From Blastocatellia bacterium (GTDB lineage Bacteria > Acidobacteriota > Blastocatellia > UBA7656): DNA of 64,000 bases. Positions 24,842 through 34,555 of the stretch are shown piece by piece. Under the pieces are notes generated by a model. That model ran no database searches, had not been told where the DNA came from, and saw only the letters and a program-made list of their open reading frames with translations. Position numbers and translations under genes: made by a program. Numbering within the stretch: the first letter of the stretch is position 1; each line of letters opens with the position of its first letter. Location: positions 96,001 through 160,000 of the forward strand of contig CAVXWP010000005.1 of assembly GCA_963765495.1 (NCBI GenBank), written 5' to 3'.

Positions 24842-26005
24842 ATGGCTATACCTCTCAAATACAACCTGCGCAATCTGACCGTCAGAAAAGGCACTACGCT
24901 GGCCACGGCTTTCACAATAGGGCTGACCGTAGCGGTTTACCTGATGGTGATGGCGCTCGCGCACGGGATTGATTTGACGCTCGCCTCAAGCGGCGAACCG
25001 CTCAACCTGATCGTATTGCGAAACGGCTCGACCGCCGAGTTAAACAGCAGTGTGACCAGGGAGCAACTAAACACGCTGATCTATCTCGACGGCATAGTGC
25101 GCGAGGGAGATCAACCGCTTGCCGCGCCCGAAGCCATTACGCTGATCTATCGCGCTCGCAAGGGCATGACTCAGGGGTCGAACGTCACGATTCGCGGCGT
25201 AGGCCCGATGTCTACGCGGCTGCGTTCGGGCTTTAAAATCGTCCGGGGTCAGATGTTTCAAAAAGGGCTGACGGAAGCCATAGTCTCAAAGCGAATCGCC
25301 GAACGATTTCAAGGGTTAGACATCGGCGACAAGTTTCGCATTCAAGCGACTGATTATACTATCGTCGGGCTGTTTGATGCCGGAGGCAAGGCGTTCGAAT
25401 CCGAGATCTGGGTGGATGTAGATTCGCTCGGCAGCACGATGAAACGCGAATCGTTTTCATCGGTGCTCTTGAGAGTTAAGGACGGCGCGACGCTCGACGC
25501 TCTGGAAAAACGCATCTCCGAAGATCAACGGCTGCAACTCAAGGCCGTATCCGAGCGCAAGTTTTATGAAGACCAGCAGGGCGCAGCCTCCGGCATTTTG
25601 AAAGGTTTGGGCGGGTTTGTCGCCTTGATTATGGCAATAGGCGCGGGCTTTGCCGGTATGAATACGATGTATGCGGCTGTTTCAAGACGCACAAAAGAGA
25701 TCGGCACATTGCGCGTGCTCGGGTTCAGCCGCCTGAGCATACTTGCTGCCTTTATACTGGAATCTATGGCGATAGCGATCATCGGCGTAGGAGTCGGCAT
25801 CGTGCTTGCTCTGCCGTTGAACCTCGTATCGACGGGAACATCCAATTTCGTGACGTTTTCAGAGATCGCCTTCAACTTTCGCGTCACACCCGATCTGATG
25901 TTGTCGGCGCTGATCTTCGGCGCAGGGATAGGGCTTTTCGGATCGCTTCTGCCTTCGATTCGAGCCTCGCGTTTTCAGATTGTGGATGCCTTGCGCTCAT
26001 CGTGA
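24842..26005 (+). CDS. ABC transporter permease (MacB/FtsX family)
   Basis: YNLRNL and NTMYAAVSRRTKEIGTLRVLGF. Confidence 0.92.
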   Translation: MAIPLKYNLRNLTVRKGTTLATAFTIGLTVAVYLMVMALAHGIDLTLASSGEPLNLIVLRNGSTAELNSSVTREQLNTLIYLDGIVREGDQPLAAPEAITLIYRARKGMTQGSNVTIRGVGPMSTRLRSGFKIVRGQMFQKGLTEAIVSKRIAERFQGLDIGDKFRIQATDYTIVGLFDAGGKAFESEIWVDVDSLGSTMKRESFSSVLLRVKDGATLDALEKRISEDQRLQLKAVSERKFYEDQQGAASGILKGLGGFVALIMAIGAGFAGMNTMYAAVSRRTKEIGTLRVLGFSRLSILAAFILESMAIAIIGVGVGIVLALPLNLVSTGTSNFVTFSEIAFNFRVTPDLMLSALIFGAGIGLFGSLLPSIRASRFQIVDALRSS

Positions 26006-26081
26006 AAATCGGTCATAAGATAATCGTGCGATACATGCGTCGCGGCCCTCATCAGAGCAAATTAAATCAAGGAATCACGGA

Positions 26082-27455
26082 ATGGTTACAAGCACCAAAA
26101 GCCCACAGGAAAATCAGGAACTCAACGAACGGTTGCGGAGCCTGCGCATAAATCGCGGACCGCAGCAACAGCCATCAAAGGGCCGCCCAAAATTGCTGCT
26201 TCTCGGCATCTCCGTGCTGATTACCCTTGTGGCAGCCTCTTACGCTTACTTTTCCGCTTCGGCAAAAACGGTCTCAGTCGCCGAAGTGAAGACCGAAAGC
26301 GGCGCTTCAAGCACTGGTACGGTGCTTACGGTTTCGGGCTATGTGGTCGCGCATCACAAGATCGCGGTCGGCGCGAAAGTGATGGGCCGCGTGTCGTGGA
26401 TCGGCGTTGAAAAAGGCGATAAGGTCGAACAGGGACAGGTGCTTGTGCGGCTGGAAGACAACGAGTTTCGCGCGCAGGTGAATCAGGCGCGGGCGAACCT
26501 GGCGGCGGCTCAGGCGCGGCTCGATCAGATGCGCGCAGGCTCTCGCCCGCAGGAAAAGATGAAAGACCGCGCCTCGGTTCTTCAAGCCGAAGCGAACCTG
26601 AAAAACGCCGAGGCCGATTACGAGCGAACCGAAAAACTATTTCGCTCGGGCGTAGCCTCGAAGGCCGATCTTGATCGCGTCACCGCACAGCGCGACACGG
26701 CGGCGGCGATTGTAGAGGCGGCGCGGCAGACATCTAAAATGACCGACATCGGCCCGCGTGAAGAAGAGATACGCGCCGCCGAGGCAACGGTGCGGCAGAT
26801 GAAAGCAGCCCTCGATTATCAGGAGACGCAACTCGAAAGCACGGAGATCAAATCTCCCGTCCGGGGCACGGTCCTGCAACGCATAGTCGAACGGGGCGAG
26901 ATGGTCACGCCTTCGGCATTTGGCGAATCGGGAGCAAAAACATCCGTCGTCGCGCTCGCCGACCTGAACGATTTGCAAATAGAACTCGACATCAGTCAGA
27001 CCGATTTTGCGCGGCTCAAGATGGCGCAGCGGGCCGAGATCATACCCGAAGCCTTCCCGAACCTGCGCTATACGGGATACATCGCAGAGATCGCGCCCGA
27101 AGCAAACCGCGCAAAGGCTACGGTGCAGGTCAAGGTAAAAGTCGAAAACCCCGACGAGCAGTTGCGACCCGAAATGAACGCGCGCGTAAATTTTCTGGCC
27201 GATGCCGTGCCTGCTGATTCGCAACCCGCGATCAACCGCGCGCTTGTGCCAAAAACGGCCGTCGTCCACAAGGACGGCGCTGATTTCGTCTTCGTCGTCA
27301 AGGGCGATAGAGTCGAACAGAGGGTTATTCGTCTTGGCGAAGAGACGGGCGATTCGAACTATGTTTTAGAGGGCCTGAGCGGCGGTGAAACGGTCGTCAC
27401 CGAAGGCGCGGATAAACTGAGCGACGGAAGCAAAATAAAGATCGGCAGCCCGTAG
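26082..27455 (+). CDS. Efflux periplasmic adaptor (HlyD/MacA-type membrane fusion protein)
   Basis: One TM, lipoyl half-motifs GDKVEQGQVLVRL and IKSPVRG, long coiled-coil hairpin. Confidence 0.92.
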   Translation: MVTSTKSPQENQELNERLRSLRINRGPQQQPSKGRPKLLLLGISVLITLVAASYAYFSASAKTVSVAEVKTESGASSTGTVLTVSGYVVAHHKIAVGAKVMGRVSWIGVEKGDKVEQGQVLVRLEDNEFRAQVNQARANLAAAQARLDQMRAGSRPQEKMKDRASVLQAEANLKNAEADYERTEKLFRSGVASKADLDRVTAQRDTAAAIVEAARQTSKMTDIGPREEEIRAAEATVRQMKAALDYQETQLESTEIKSPVRGTVLQRIVERGEMVTPSAFGESGAKTSVVALADLNDLQIELDISQTDFARLKMAQRAEIIPEAFPNLRYTGYIAEIAPEANRAKATVQVKVKVENPDEQLRPEMNARVNFLADAVPADSQPAINRALVPKTAVVHKDGADFVFVVKGDRVEQRVIRLGEETGDSNYVLEGLSGGETVVTEGADKLSDGSKIKIGSP

Positions 27456-27507
27456 ATAGGTGCCAGTAGATAGGTGCCAGTAGAGGGGTGCCCGTAGATA
27501 GGTGCCC
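27452..27507 (+). repeat. Tandem repeat, 4 x 14 nt (GTAGATAGGTGCCA/C)
   Basis: gtagataggtgcca gtagataggtgcca gtagaggggtgccc gtagataggtgccc; the first unit contains the adaptor's TAG. Confidence 0.9.
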
Positions 27508-27555
27508 GGGCAAAGGCCGCAACGGATTTCAACTCCAACACCTGAAAGGGAAAGT

Positions 27556-28254
27556 ATGCCGGAACCGATTGTACGAATTCGAAATGTGAGCAAGCGATAT
27601 ACGCGGGACGGGTTTGAGATCGTCGCGCTCGACAATATAAATCTCGATATTGAGCAGAGCGATTTCGTCGCGCTGATGGGGCCTTCGGGTTCCGGCAAAT
27701 CCACCCTGCTCAACCTGATTGCCGGAATAGACCGCTCGACCGAGGGCGAAGTCGATGTGCTCGGGACCGACCTTGCGCGGCTCAATGAAAGCCAGCTTGC
27801 CGTCTGGCGAAACACGCATATCGGCTATATCTTTCAAACCTTTAATCTGATTCCGGTACTGACCGCTTATGAAAACGTGGAGTTGCCGCTCCTGCTTACA
27901 AACCTGTCAAAAAGCGAACGCCGCAAAAACGTAGAGACGGCGCTAGGGCTCGTAGACCTGAGCGACCGCATGCATCATCGTCCCAAACAGCTTTCTGGCG
28001 GACAGGAACAGCGCGTGGCCATAGCGCGCGCAATCGTGATGGACCCCGACCTGCTTCTGGCAGACGAGCCTACGGGCAACCTCGATGCGCGTTCGGGCGA
28101 AGAAGTCTTAAACATTCTGTCAACGCTCAATCACGAATTGAACAAGACCATCATAATGGTGACTCACGACCCGCACGCGGCGAGCTATGCTTCGCGCGAA
28201 AGGCATCTTGAAAAGGGATTGTTGCTTGAAGACATCCCGGCACTGGTACGTTGA
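27556..28254 (+). CDS. ABC transporter ATP-binding protein (LolD/MacB-type)
   Basis: [30 protein letters not shown]. Confidence 0.95.
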   Translation: MPEPIVRIRNVSKRYTRDGFEIVALDNINLDIEQSDFVALMGPSGSGKSTLLNLIAGIDRSTEGEVDVLGTDLARLNESQLAVWRNTHIGYIFQTFNLIPVLTAYENVELPLLLTNLSKSERRKNVETALGLVDLSDRMHHRPKQLSGGQEQRVAIARAIVMDPDLLLADEPTGNLDARSGEEVLNILSTLNHELNKTIIMVTHDPHAASYASRERHLEKGLLLEDIPALVR

Positions 28255-28265
28255 CGCTTAACGAA

Positions 28266-28368
28266 AATAGGCGACGGGATGACACGGATCAGACGGATTC
28301 ACGCGGATCTGATGTTATATGAGCTAATCCGCGTAGATCCGCCGCATCCGCGTCATCCGTGGCCTATT
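28266..28368. repeat. About 100-bp periodic palindrome, CGGAT family, with AATAGG...CTATT ends
   Basis: Four (C)GGAT units then four ATCCG units; an inverted relative lies at 39143-39244. Confidence 0.88.
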
Positions 28369-28574
28369 CCGCGATGCATTCCATTCACACTCATTTGTAC
28401 CAATCTCTTGCGGAGTGATTTAGGTCTTATTTCCCATTGTGCAGGCAGGCGAAAGTTTATTCTTTGTGCCCACATTTCCTCCGTGTTATTCTGTGCCTGA
28501 CAACCTGCCCCTTTTTCTCACTCAATTTAATCCAACATCATTGTTGTAATTCATCTGTGGGGGGATAAATCTCC

Positions 28575-31364
28575 ATGCACAAGAACTGCCTTCGCTTCTC
28601 GAAGCCGGCCCTTGCGGTCCTCTTCGCTTTGCTTACGCTCTGCACCTCGATACGAGCCGACCAGCCTGCAACGTGGATTTCCAGAGGGCCGGGCGGGGGC
28701 GGCGCGCTGTTTGCCCCGAGTTTTAGTCCGCATAACCCGAGCGAGCTTTACATAGCCTGTGACCTCGGGGGCTTTTATCGCTCCACGAATCTCGGCGCTT
28801 CATGGAAGGTTCTGGATTTCCACCAGATTCAGGGGAATCGAAACGCGCAGGTCCAGTTCACTAATAATCCTCTGGTGTGCTACTCACTCGATTACACAAA
28901 CACGGACGGGAGCGACCCCGTAACGCCTTCCAAAAGCACCGACGGCGGATTGACGTGGAAGCGGCTTATAAACGACCCGACTTTCGGAGGAGCCTACACC
29001 CTGTTTGCCGATCCCGCCAATGAGAACAACCTGATAGTTTCCGATTACTCTCACCTCTATTTTTCAAGCAATGGAGGCGCGAGTTTCGGTTTGAAATTTA
29101 CGGCCTCGGGAGGCAACGGGTGTCACGTCGCGGGGGCCTTTTTTGACGGCGCTTCAATTTACGCAGGCACAAACGCGGGGCTGCTCGTCTCGACCAACAG
29201 CGGCAGCACGTTTGCCCTGTCATCGGCAGGCGGAATTGCGTCCACTCAAGCCATGTACTCGTTTGCCGGAGCGCGGCAGGGCGCTACCGTACGCCTCTTT
29301 TGCATAACGCTCGACACATCGGATGTCTATCCGGGGCTATTGATCGAAGGCGCTTATTCCAGCTATAAGAGCGTCTATTCGATTGATGTGGGGCAGGCAA
29401 ACTGGACCGCGCGAGTGACGGGCATTGCCGCAAACAATTACCCTGTCTTTGTAAGCCTCGCCGCTAACAACATCTCGACAGTGTACGTGGCCGGGCAGGA
29501 TTCAAACGAGTTCCCCGTAATCTATAAGTCAACCAATGGAGGCGCGAACTGGCAGAGTGTTCTTTTGACGACAAACAATCAGAACATAATCACGGGGTGG
29601 GACGGGCACGGCGGGGACCGGGGCTGGACCTACGGCGCGGGCGCATTGGGATTTGCGGTCGCCGTAAACGATTCGAATAAAGCCGCGTTCACAGACCTGG
29701 GCTTTTCGCATATCACCACGGACGGGGGCGCGACCTGGAGACAGATGTATGTTGATCCGGCCGATCAAAATCCCATGAATGCGGCGACTCCGAAAAACAA
29801 GAGCTATCACGGCATAGGGCTTGAAGACACCTCCTGCTGGTGGATGACGTGGGCCGATTCCGATAATATCTTCGCCTCTTATACCGATATTCGCGGAACC
29901 AGAAGCACGGACGGGGGCAGTTCGTGGTCATTCAATTACACGGGCCAGCCTTTAAACTCGACCTATCAATCCCTCAGGCATCCATCGAATGGAAATCTGT
30001 ATGTGGCTACCTCGTCTGTGCACGATATGTATCAAAGCACATACCTGACCGACGCCAGAATAGATGGGGGGAGCGGCGCTATAAAATACTCAAGCGACAA
30101 GGGCGCAACGTGGCTGACTCTTCACGATTTCGGCCATCCCGTCATCTGCCTTGCAATTGACCCGAACAATACAAATCGAATGTACGCAAGCGTTATTCAC
30201 AGCACGCAGGGAGGCATATACGTTTCGAGCAATATTCAAAACGGCGCGGCCTCTACGTGGACAAAGCTTACAAATCCGCCGAGGACCGAAGGCCACCCTT
30301 TCAACATTCAGGTACTCAATGACGGGACGCTCGTCTGCACCTATTCGGGCAGAAGAAACTCTGCCGGAACCTTCACGGCAAGCTCGGGCGTTTTCACAAG
30401 CACAAACGGCGGGAGCAGCTGGACCGACCGCAGCGCCTCCGGGATGCTTTACTGGACCAGAGACATTGTCGTTGACCCGCACGACGCATCGCAAAGCACG
30501 TGGTACGTAGCCGTATTCAGCGGATGGGGCGGCCCTCCGAACGGGCTTGGCGGGCTGTATAAAACGACCAATCGAGGCGTTTCGTGGACGCGGATCAACA
30601 GCCTTGATAGAGTCGCCTCCTGTGCCATCAATCCTATGGACCCGGCCGAGATGTATCTGACCACCGAAGAGAACGGATTGTGGTATACCAGTAATTTGAC
30701 GGCCGTCGCGCCTGATTTCACGTCCGTGACCTCATATCCTTTCCGCCAGCCCGAACGAGTCTTTTACAATCCCTACAACGCAAATGAAATCTGGGTAACG
30801 AGCTTTGGATACGGAATATGCGTAGGGACGGTCGCCACTTGCGATTTTTCGCTCACCCCGACCTCTAACTTCTTTCCTGAAAGCGGAGGCGTTGGAAGCC
30901 TGATGATACAAGCGCCGTCGGGTTGCAACTGGACGGCAGCGAGTGACAGCAACTGGCTTACGATTACATCCACGGCAAGTGGAAGCGGGAACGGTTCTGT
31001 GAGCTACGCGGTGGCGCAGAATATGACGGGCATCTCGCGCAAGGCTATGTTAACCGTCGGCGGGCAGATCTGCGTTGTGGTCCAGGACGGCGGTGCGAGC
31101 AGCGGTTGCCGGTATTCGATCTTTGCATCATACGGGACGTTCTCCGCAGGTGGCGGCGGAGCAAACCTGAACGTCAAGACAGAAAGCCGTTGCGCGTGGA
31201 TGGTTCAGAGCAATGCCGCCTGGATAGTAATCACAACCGACGGCATAAATATCGGTAACGGCACGGTGAGCTTTACGGTGATGCCAAACACCAGCGGGGC
31301 AAGCCGAACAGGGACGATCACAATTGCGGGAAGGACATTCATGGTGAGACAAAAACGCGGCTAA
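28575..31364 (+). CDS. Secreted BNR/Asp-box beta-propeller protein (GH74/sortilin-like) with two C-terminal BACON domains
   Basis: Signal peptide, GPGGGG, many S/T-x-D/N-GG-x-S/T-W repeats, C-terminal CNWTAAS..WLTITS..SGSGNGSVSY..N.TG..R. Confidence 0.82.
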   Translation: MHKNCLRFSKPALAVLFALLTLCTSIRADQPATWISRGPGGGGALFAPSFSPHNPSELYIACDLGGFYRSTNLGASWKVLDFHQIQGNRNAQVQFTNNPLVCYSLDYTNTDGSDPVTPSKSTDGGLTWKRLINDPTFGGAYTLFADPANENNLIVSDYSHLYFSSNGGASFGLKFTASGGNGCHVAGAFFDGASIYAGTNAGLLVSTNSGSTFALSSAGGIASTQAMYSFAGARQGATVRLFCITLDTSDVYPGLLIEGAYSSYKSVYSIDVGQANWTARVTGIAANNYPVFVSLAANNISTVYVAGQDSNEFPVIYKSTNGGANWQSVLLTTNNQNIITGWDGHGGDRGWTYGAGALGFAVAVNDSNKAAFTDLGFSHITTDGGATWRQMYVDPADQNPMNAATPKNKSYHGIGLEDTSCWWMTWADSDNIFASYTDIRGTRSTDGGSSWSFNYTGQPLNSTYQSLRHPSNGNLYVATSSVHDMYQSTYLTDARIDGGSGAIKYSSDKGATWLTLHDFGHPVICLAIDPNNTNRMYASVIHSTQGGIYVSSNIQNGAASTWTKLTNPPRTEGHPFNIQVLNDGTLVCTYSGRRNSAGTFTASSGVFTSTNGGSSWTDRSASGMLYWTRDIVVDPHDASQSTWYVAVFSGWGGPPNGLGGLYKTTNRGVSWTRINSLDRVASCAINPMDPAEMYLTTEENGLWYTSNLTAVAPDFTSVTSYPFRQPERVFYNPYNANEIWVTSFGYGICVGTVATCDFSLTPTSNFFPESGGVGSLMIQAPSGCNWTAASDSNWLTITSTASGSGNGSVSYAVAQNMTGISRKAMLTVGGQICVVVQDGGASSGCRYSIFASYGTFSAGGGGANLNVKTESRCAWMVQSNAAWIVITTDGINIGNGTVSFTVMPNTSGASRTGTITIAGRTFMVRQKRG

Positions 31365-31377
31365 AGGCCAAAAGAGT

Positions 31378-31440
31378 TTGACAGGAGTAACAGGAATAAC
31401 AGGATTTCAAAATAACAGGAGAAATCCTGTTATTCCCGTC
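31378..31440. repeat. Periodic palindrome, TAACAGGA family, between convergent genes
   Basis: ttgacaggagtaacaggaataacaggat ... atcctgttattcccgtc. Confidence 0.75.
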
Positions 31441-31465
31441 TAAAAATCCGGGCATCTCTTCCCGT

Positions 31466-33304
31466 TCACCATTCGGCTTCTGTGGCGGCGCTCAACTGCG
31501 CGGGGCGGTCTCTGAACTGTATGTCGTAAAGCTGTTTGTAGAGGCCGCCTGCCGCAAGCAATTCTTCGTGCGTGCCTTCTTCGACTATGCGACCCTGGTT
31601 GAGCACGACTATGCGGTCGGCGCGGCGCACGGTCGAAAGGCGATGCGCTATGACAAACGTAGTCCGGCCCTGCATAAGGGTTTCAAGCGCATCCTGAACC
31701 AGCCGTTCCGATTCCGAGTCAAGCGAGCTTGTAGCTTCATCCAGAATGAGTATCGCGGGATTCTTCAGCAGCGCGCGGGCAATGGCTACGCGCTGGCGCT
31801 GACCGCCGGAGAGTTTTACGCCTCGCTCGCCCACGACCGTGTCGTAGCCCGCCGGGAAGTCTGTGATAAATTCGTGAGCGTGCGCGGCACGGGCCGCCCG
31901 CTCAATTTCCGCCTCCGTCGAATCGAGACGGCCATAAGCTATGTTCTCGCGTATCGTACCGCCAAACAAAGTGGTCTCTTGCGGAACTACGCCGATGGCC
32001 TCTCTCAGGTCTTTGAGCCGCACGTCCCTCACGTTTCGCCCGTCTATTAAAATCGCCCCCGAGCTTACATCGTAGAAACGCGGGATGAGCGCGACCAGTG
32101 TGGTTTTGCCCGCGCCGCTCGGCCCCACAAGCGCGATTATCTCGCCCGATTTCGCGTCGATAGTCACGCCTTTCAACACTTCGATCTGCCGGTCGTCGGG
32201 ATAGGTAAAATGCACATCTTCCAGCCTTACGTTGCCGTTTACGGCTTCAAGCGGCAGCGGGTTTTCAGGGTCTCTTATAAGCGGGCGCGTATCTAGTATC
32301 TCAAACACGCGCCGGGATGCGCCGATGGCGTGCTGGAACTGTCCGTAAAGCTCGGACATCCCGCCTATCGCGCCGCTCACGACAAACGTGTAGAGCACAA
32401 AGGCTATCAATTCCCCGGCGGTCAACTGGCCTGAGATGACCATGCGGCTGCCAAACCAAAGGACTACGACGATGGCGCTGTAAACAACAAGGATAATGAA
32501 AGCGATAAAGCCGCCGCTTGCCACCGCGCGCCGCACGGCCAGTTCGAGCGCGCCTCTTATGCTCTGGCCGTAGCGCGCTCGCTCGTACTCTTCTCTGACG
32601 AATGACTGAACTATTCGAATGGCTGAAACGGTCTCTTCGAGGACGGAATTGGCTTCGGCCAGCTGGTCCTGAACCCGTGTGCTCATTCGCCTGACGTAGC
32701 GGCCATAGTAAGTTGCCGAAAGAATTATCACAGGCACTATGGCCAGCATCACAAGCGTCAGGCGCGGATTTGTGATGGCGATAATCGCTATTCCGCCAAA
32801 AAGCATTATGCTCTGGCGGAGCAGTTCCGTGAGGCTTCCGGTTGTTGCCGTCTGAATGACACTCACATCCGACGCAAGGCGAGATGTCAATTCGCCCACC
32901 CTTCGGCTGTCAAAAAACGAGGCGGGCAGGCTCGTGAGATGCGTGTATAACTCTACGCGCACATCCGCGACTATTCGCTCGCCGGTGTAAGAAAGCAGAT
33001 AGGTGCGCAGGAAACTGAAGATTGCCTGAAGCGCAAAGACTCCTATCAACAGAAAGGCTACGTGGTTGAGCCTTGCGGAGTTGCGCTCGATAAAGGCCGC
33101 GTCGATTATAAAGCGTACGAGTTGCGGAAAGACGAGTCCGAGGCCGCCCGCTACGAGGAGGCTCAGGAGCGCAATGGCGAGTCTGACGCGATAAGGCTTT
33201 GCATATGAAAACAGACGCAACAGATCGCGAGGCGACCCCTTTGGTTTATCCTTGTCATCAGTTTGCCCGGCGGGGCCAATTTCATCTCTTCTGTAAGGTC
33301 TCAT
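31466..33304 (-). CDS. MsbA-like ABC exporter (fused TMD-NBD)
   Basis: GPSGAGKT, LSGGQRQR, LDEATSSLD, IAHRLST; start placed at MRPYRR (33304). Confidence 0.92.
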   Translation of the reverse strand: MRPYRRDEIGPAGQTDDKDKPKGSPRDLLRLFSYAKPYRVRLAIALLSLLVAGGLGLVFPQLVRFIIDAAFIERNSARLNHVAFLLIGVFALQAIFSFLRTYLLSYTGERIVADVRVELYTHLTSLPASFFDSRRVGELTSRLASDVSVIQTATTGSLTELLRQSIMLFGGIAIIAITNPRLTLVMLAIVPVIILSATYYGRYVRRMSTRVQDQLAEANSVLEETVSAIRIVQSFVREEYERARYGQSIRGALELAVRRAVASGGFIAFIILVVYSAIVVVLWFGSRMVISGQLTAGELIAFVLYTFVVSGAIGGMSELYGQFQHAIGASRRVFEILDTRPLIRDPENPLPLEAVNGNVRLEDVHFTYPDDRQIEVLKGVTIDAKSGEIIALVGPSGAGKTTLVALIPRFYDVSSGAILIDGRNVRDVRLKDLREAIGVVPQETTLFGGTIRENIAYGRLDSTEAEIERAARAAHAHEFITDFPAGYDTVVGERGVKLSGGQRQRVAIARALLKNPAILILDEATSSLDSESERLVQDALETLMQGRTTFVIAHRLSTVRRADRIVVLNQGRIVEEGTHEELLAAGGLYKQLYDIQFRDRPAQLSAATEAEW

Positions 33305-33360
33305 CGGTAAGAGTAAGATTGAACCTCGGAGCCGCCGCAGGTCAAGCACGGTTTGCAACG

Positions 33361-33448
33361 AGAAATCTTCGAACTTTGCGTCTTTGCGCCTTTGCGAGCG
33401 GCAGGTTCTCGCAAAGACGCAAAGTACCCAAAGCACGCTAAGGTTTCT
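33361..33448. repeat. Periodic palindrome, CTTTGCG family (8-9 nt period)
   Basis: ctttgcgt ctttgcgc ctttgcgag ... ctcgcaaag acgcaaag tacccaaag cacgctaag. Confidence 0.8.
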
Positions 33449-33562
33449 CAAAGGGGGTTGAGCGCAGCAGGTATCCGTCATGTGCAGCCTCAAGCTTGCG
33501 GCGCAAAATCCCTGCGAATAAAAAAATGCCGGGAATACGGGATGTTTTGATAATTGGTCGCG

Positions 33563-33578
33563 TGGCACGGCTTTCGCT
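33563..33578 (+). promoter_or_regulatory. Sigma54 -24/-12 promoter
   Basis: TGGCACGGCTTTCGCT with exact GG-N10-GC spacing, 45 nt before the start at 33623. Confidence 0.6.
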
Positions 33579-33622
33579 GCTATTGAAATTCCCGAAAACA
33601 GAAACGAAGGAGAATATCCGGT

Positions 33623-34555
33623 TTGTCGTCAAACGTGCTCTCGAACCGCCGCATACAATTCTGGCAGATAATCGTGTGCGCAAGCGTTGTCGGATACCTT
33701 ATGCTTGGCGCTGCTACGCACAGCATTCGCTTTTTTCATTACTTCATGCTCATAGCGATCCCGGCGGCGTTTTTGGCCGCAGAGCGCGGGCGAAAATTCT
33801 TTCTGGACTGGTCACCGCTTTTCGCCTTCTGGCTGGTTTACGACCGGCTGCGTCTCTTACAGCCCTTTGAGTTAGGGCGCGTCACGGTCGAGACACCATA
33901 CCTGATGGAGCGATGGGCATTTGGATGGATGGCCGGTGGCGCTATCCCGGCGCACGCCGGACGCGCATGGCTTGCGGCGCACGCGGCCTCTCCGTTCTGG
34001 GCAGGGGTAAGCTGGACGGCACAGTTTATATATCTTTCACATCTGTTCGTCCTGCCTTTGCTCTTGTTTTACTGGTGGTCGCGGGGGGGCGAGCGCATGC
34101 GAGACCGTAATCGCTTTGTGCTCGCTATGCGCGCCTTCGCCCTCTTGAATCTATTCGGAATTCTGCTGTACGTGCTGTTGCCAGCCGCGCCGCCCTGGTG
34201 GGTGAGCCTCTACGGCACGGCGCAACCCACCGCCGCACTCCTGGCTCAGACAAAGATGTCTGCGGCTATGGACGGGGCCATCGTTCAAGCACTCATCAAG
34301 TCGGCTTCTCAATGGTTTGGGGCCATCCCTTCGCTGCACGGCGCGTATCCCGTACTCTTCACCCTCATCGCCGCAGCCGACCGCAATCGGCTGGCTGTCG
34401 TCTTATTCGCGCTTTACGGCGTGGCTATGTGGATAACCACGGTCATATTGAATCAGCATTACATCATTGATCTTTTAGCCGGAGCACTGGTTGCGGTGGC
34501 GGCTTTTTATTTAGCCCGGATGTACGGCAACACGCGCAGCGGGGAGGCGGACTGA
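33623..34555 (+). CDS. PAP2-superfamily membrane protein (AUR1/IPC-synthase-like)
   Basis: PAAPPWW, AIPSLHG and QHYIID motifs; multiple TMs; SD AAGGAG before TTG. Confidence 0.82.
   Translation: MSSNVLSNRRIQFWQIIVCASVVGYLMLGAATHSIRFFHYFMLIAIPAAFLAAERGRKFFLDWSPLFAFWLVYDRLRLLQPFELGRVTVETPYLMERWAFGWMAGGAIPAHAGRAWLAAHAASPFWAGVSWTAQFIYLSHLFVLPLLLFYWWSRGGERMRDRNRFVLAMRAFALLNLFGILLYVLLPAAPPWWVSLYGTAQPTAALLAQTKMSAAMDGAIVQALIKSASQWFGAIPSLHGAYPVLFTLIAAADRNRLAVVLFALYGVAMWITTVILNQHYIIDLLAGALVAVAAFYLARMYGNTRSGEAD

Noticed and set aside
27452-27507. Possible CRISPR array (also the CGGAT elements)
   Set aside because: Units are 14 nt or shorter, there are no unique spacers, and no cas genes are present.
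28279-28500. Short ORFs such as MTRIRRIHADL..., and 39113-39298 and 60768-61007
   Set aside because: They are translations of the periodic palindromes.
33305-33568. 88-aa N-terminal extension of the MsbA-like ORF
   Set aside because: It translates the palindrome and promoter region and does not resemble protein; start placed at 33304.
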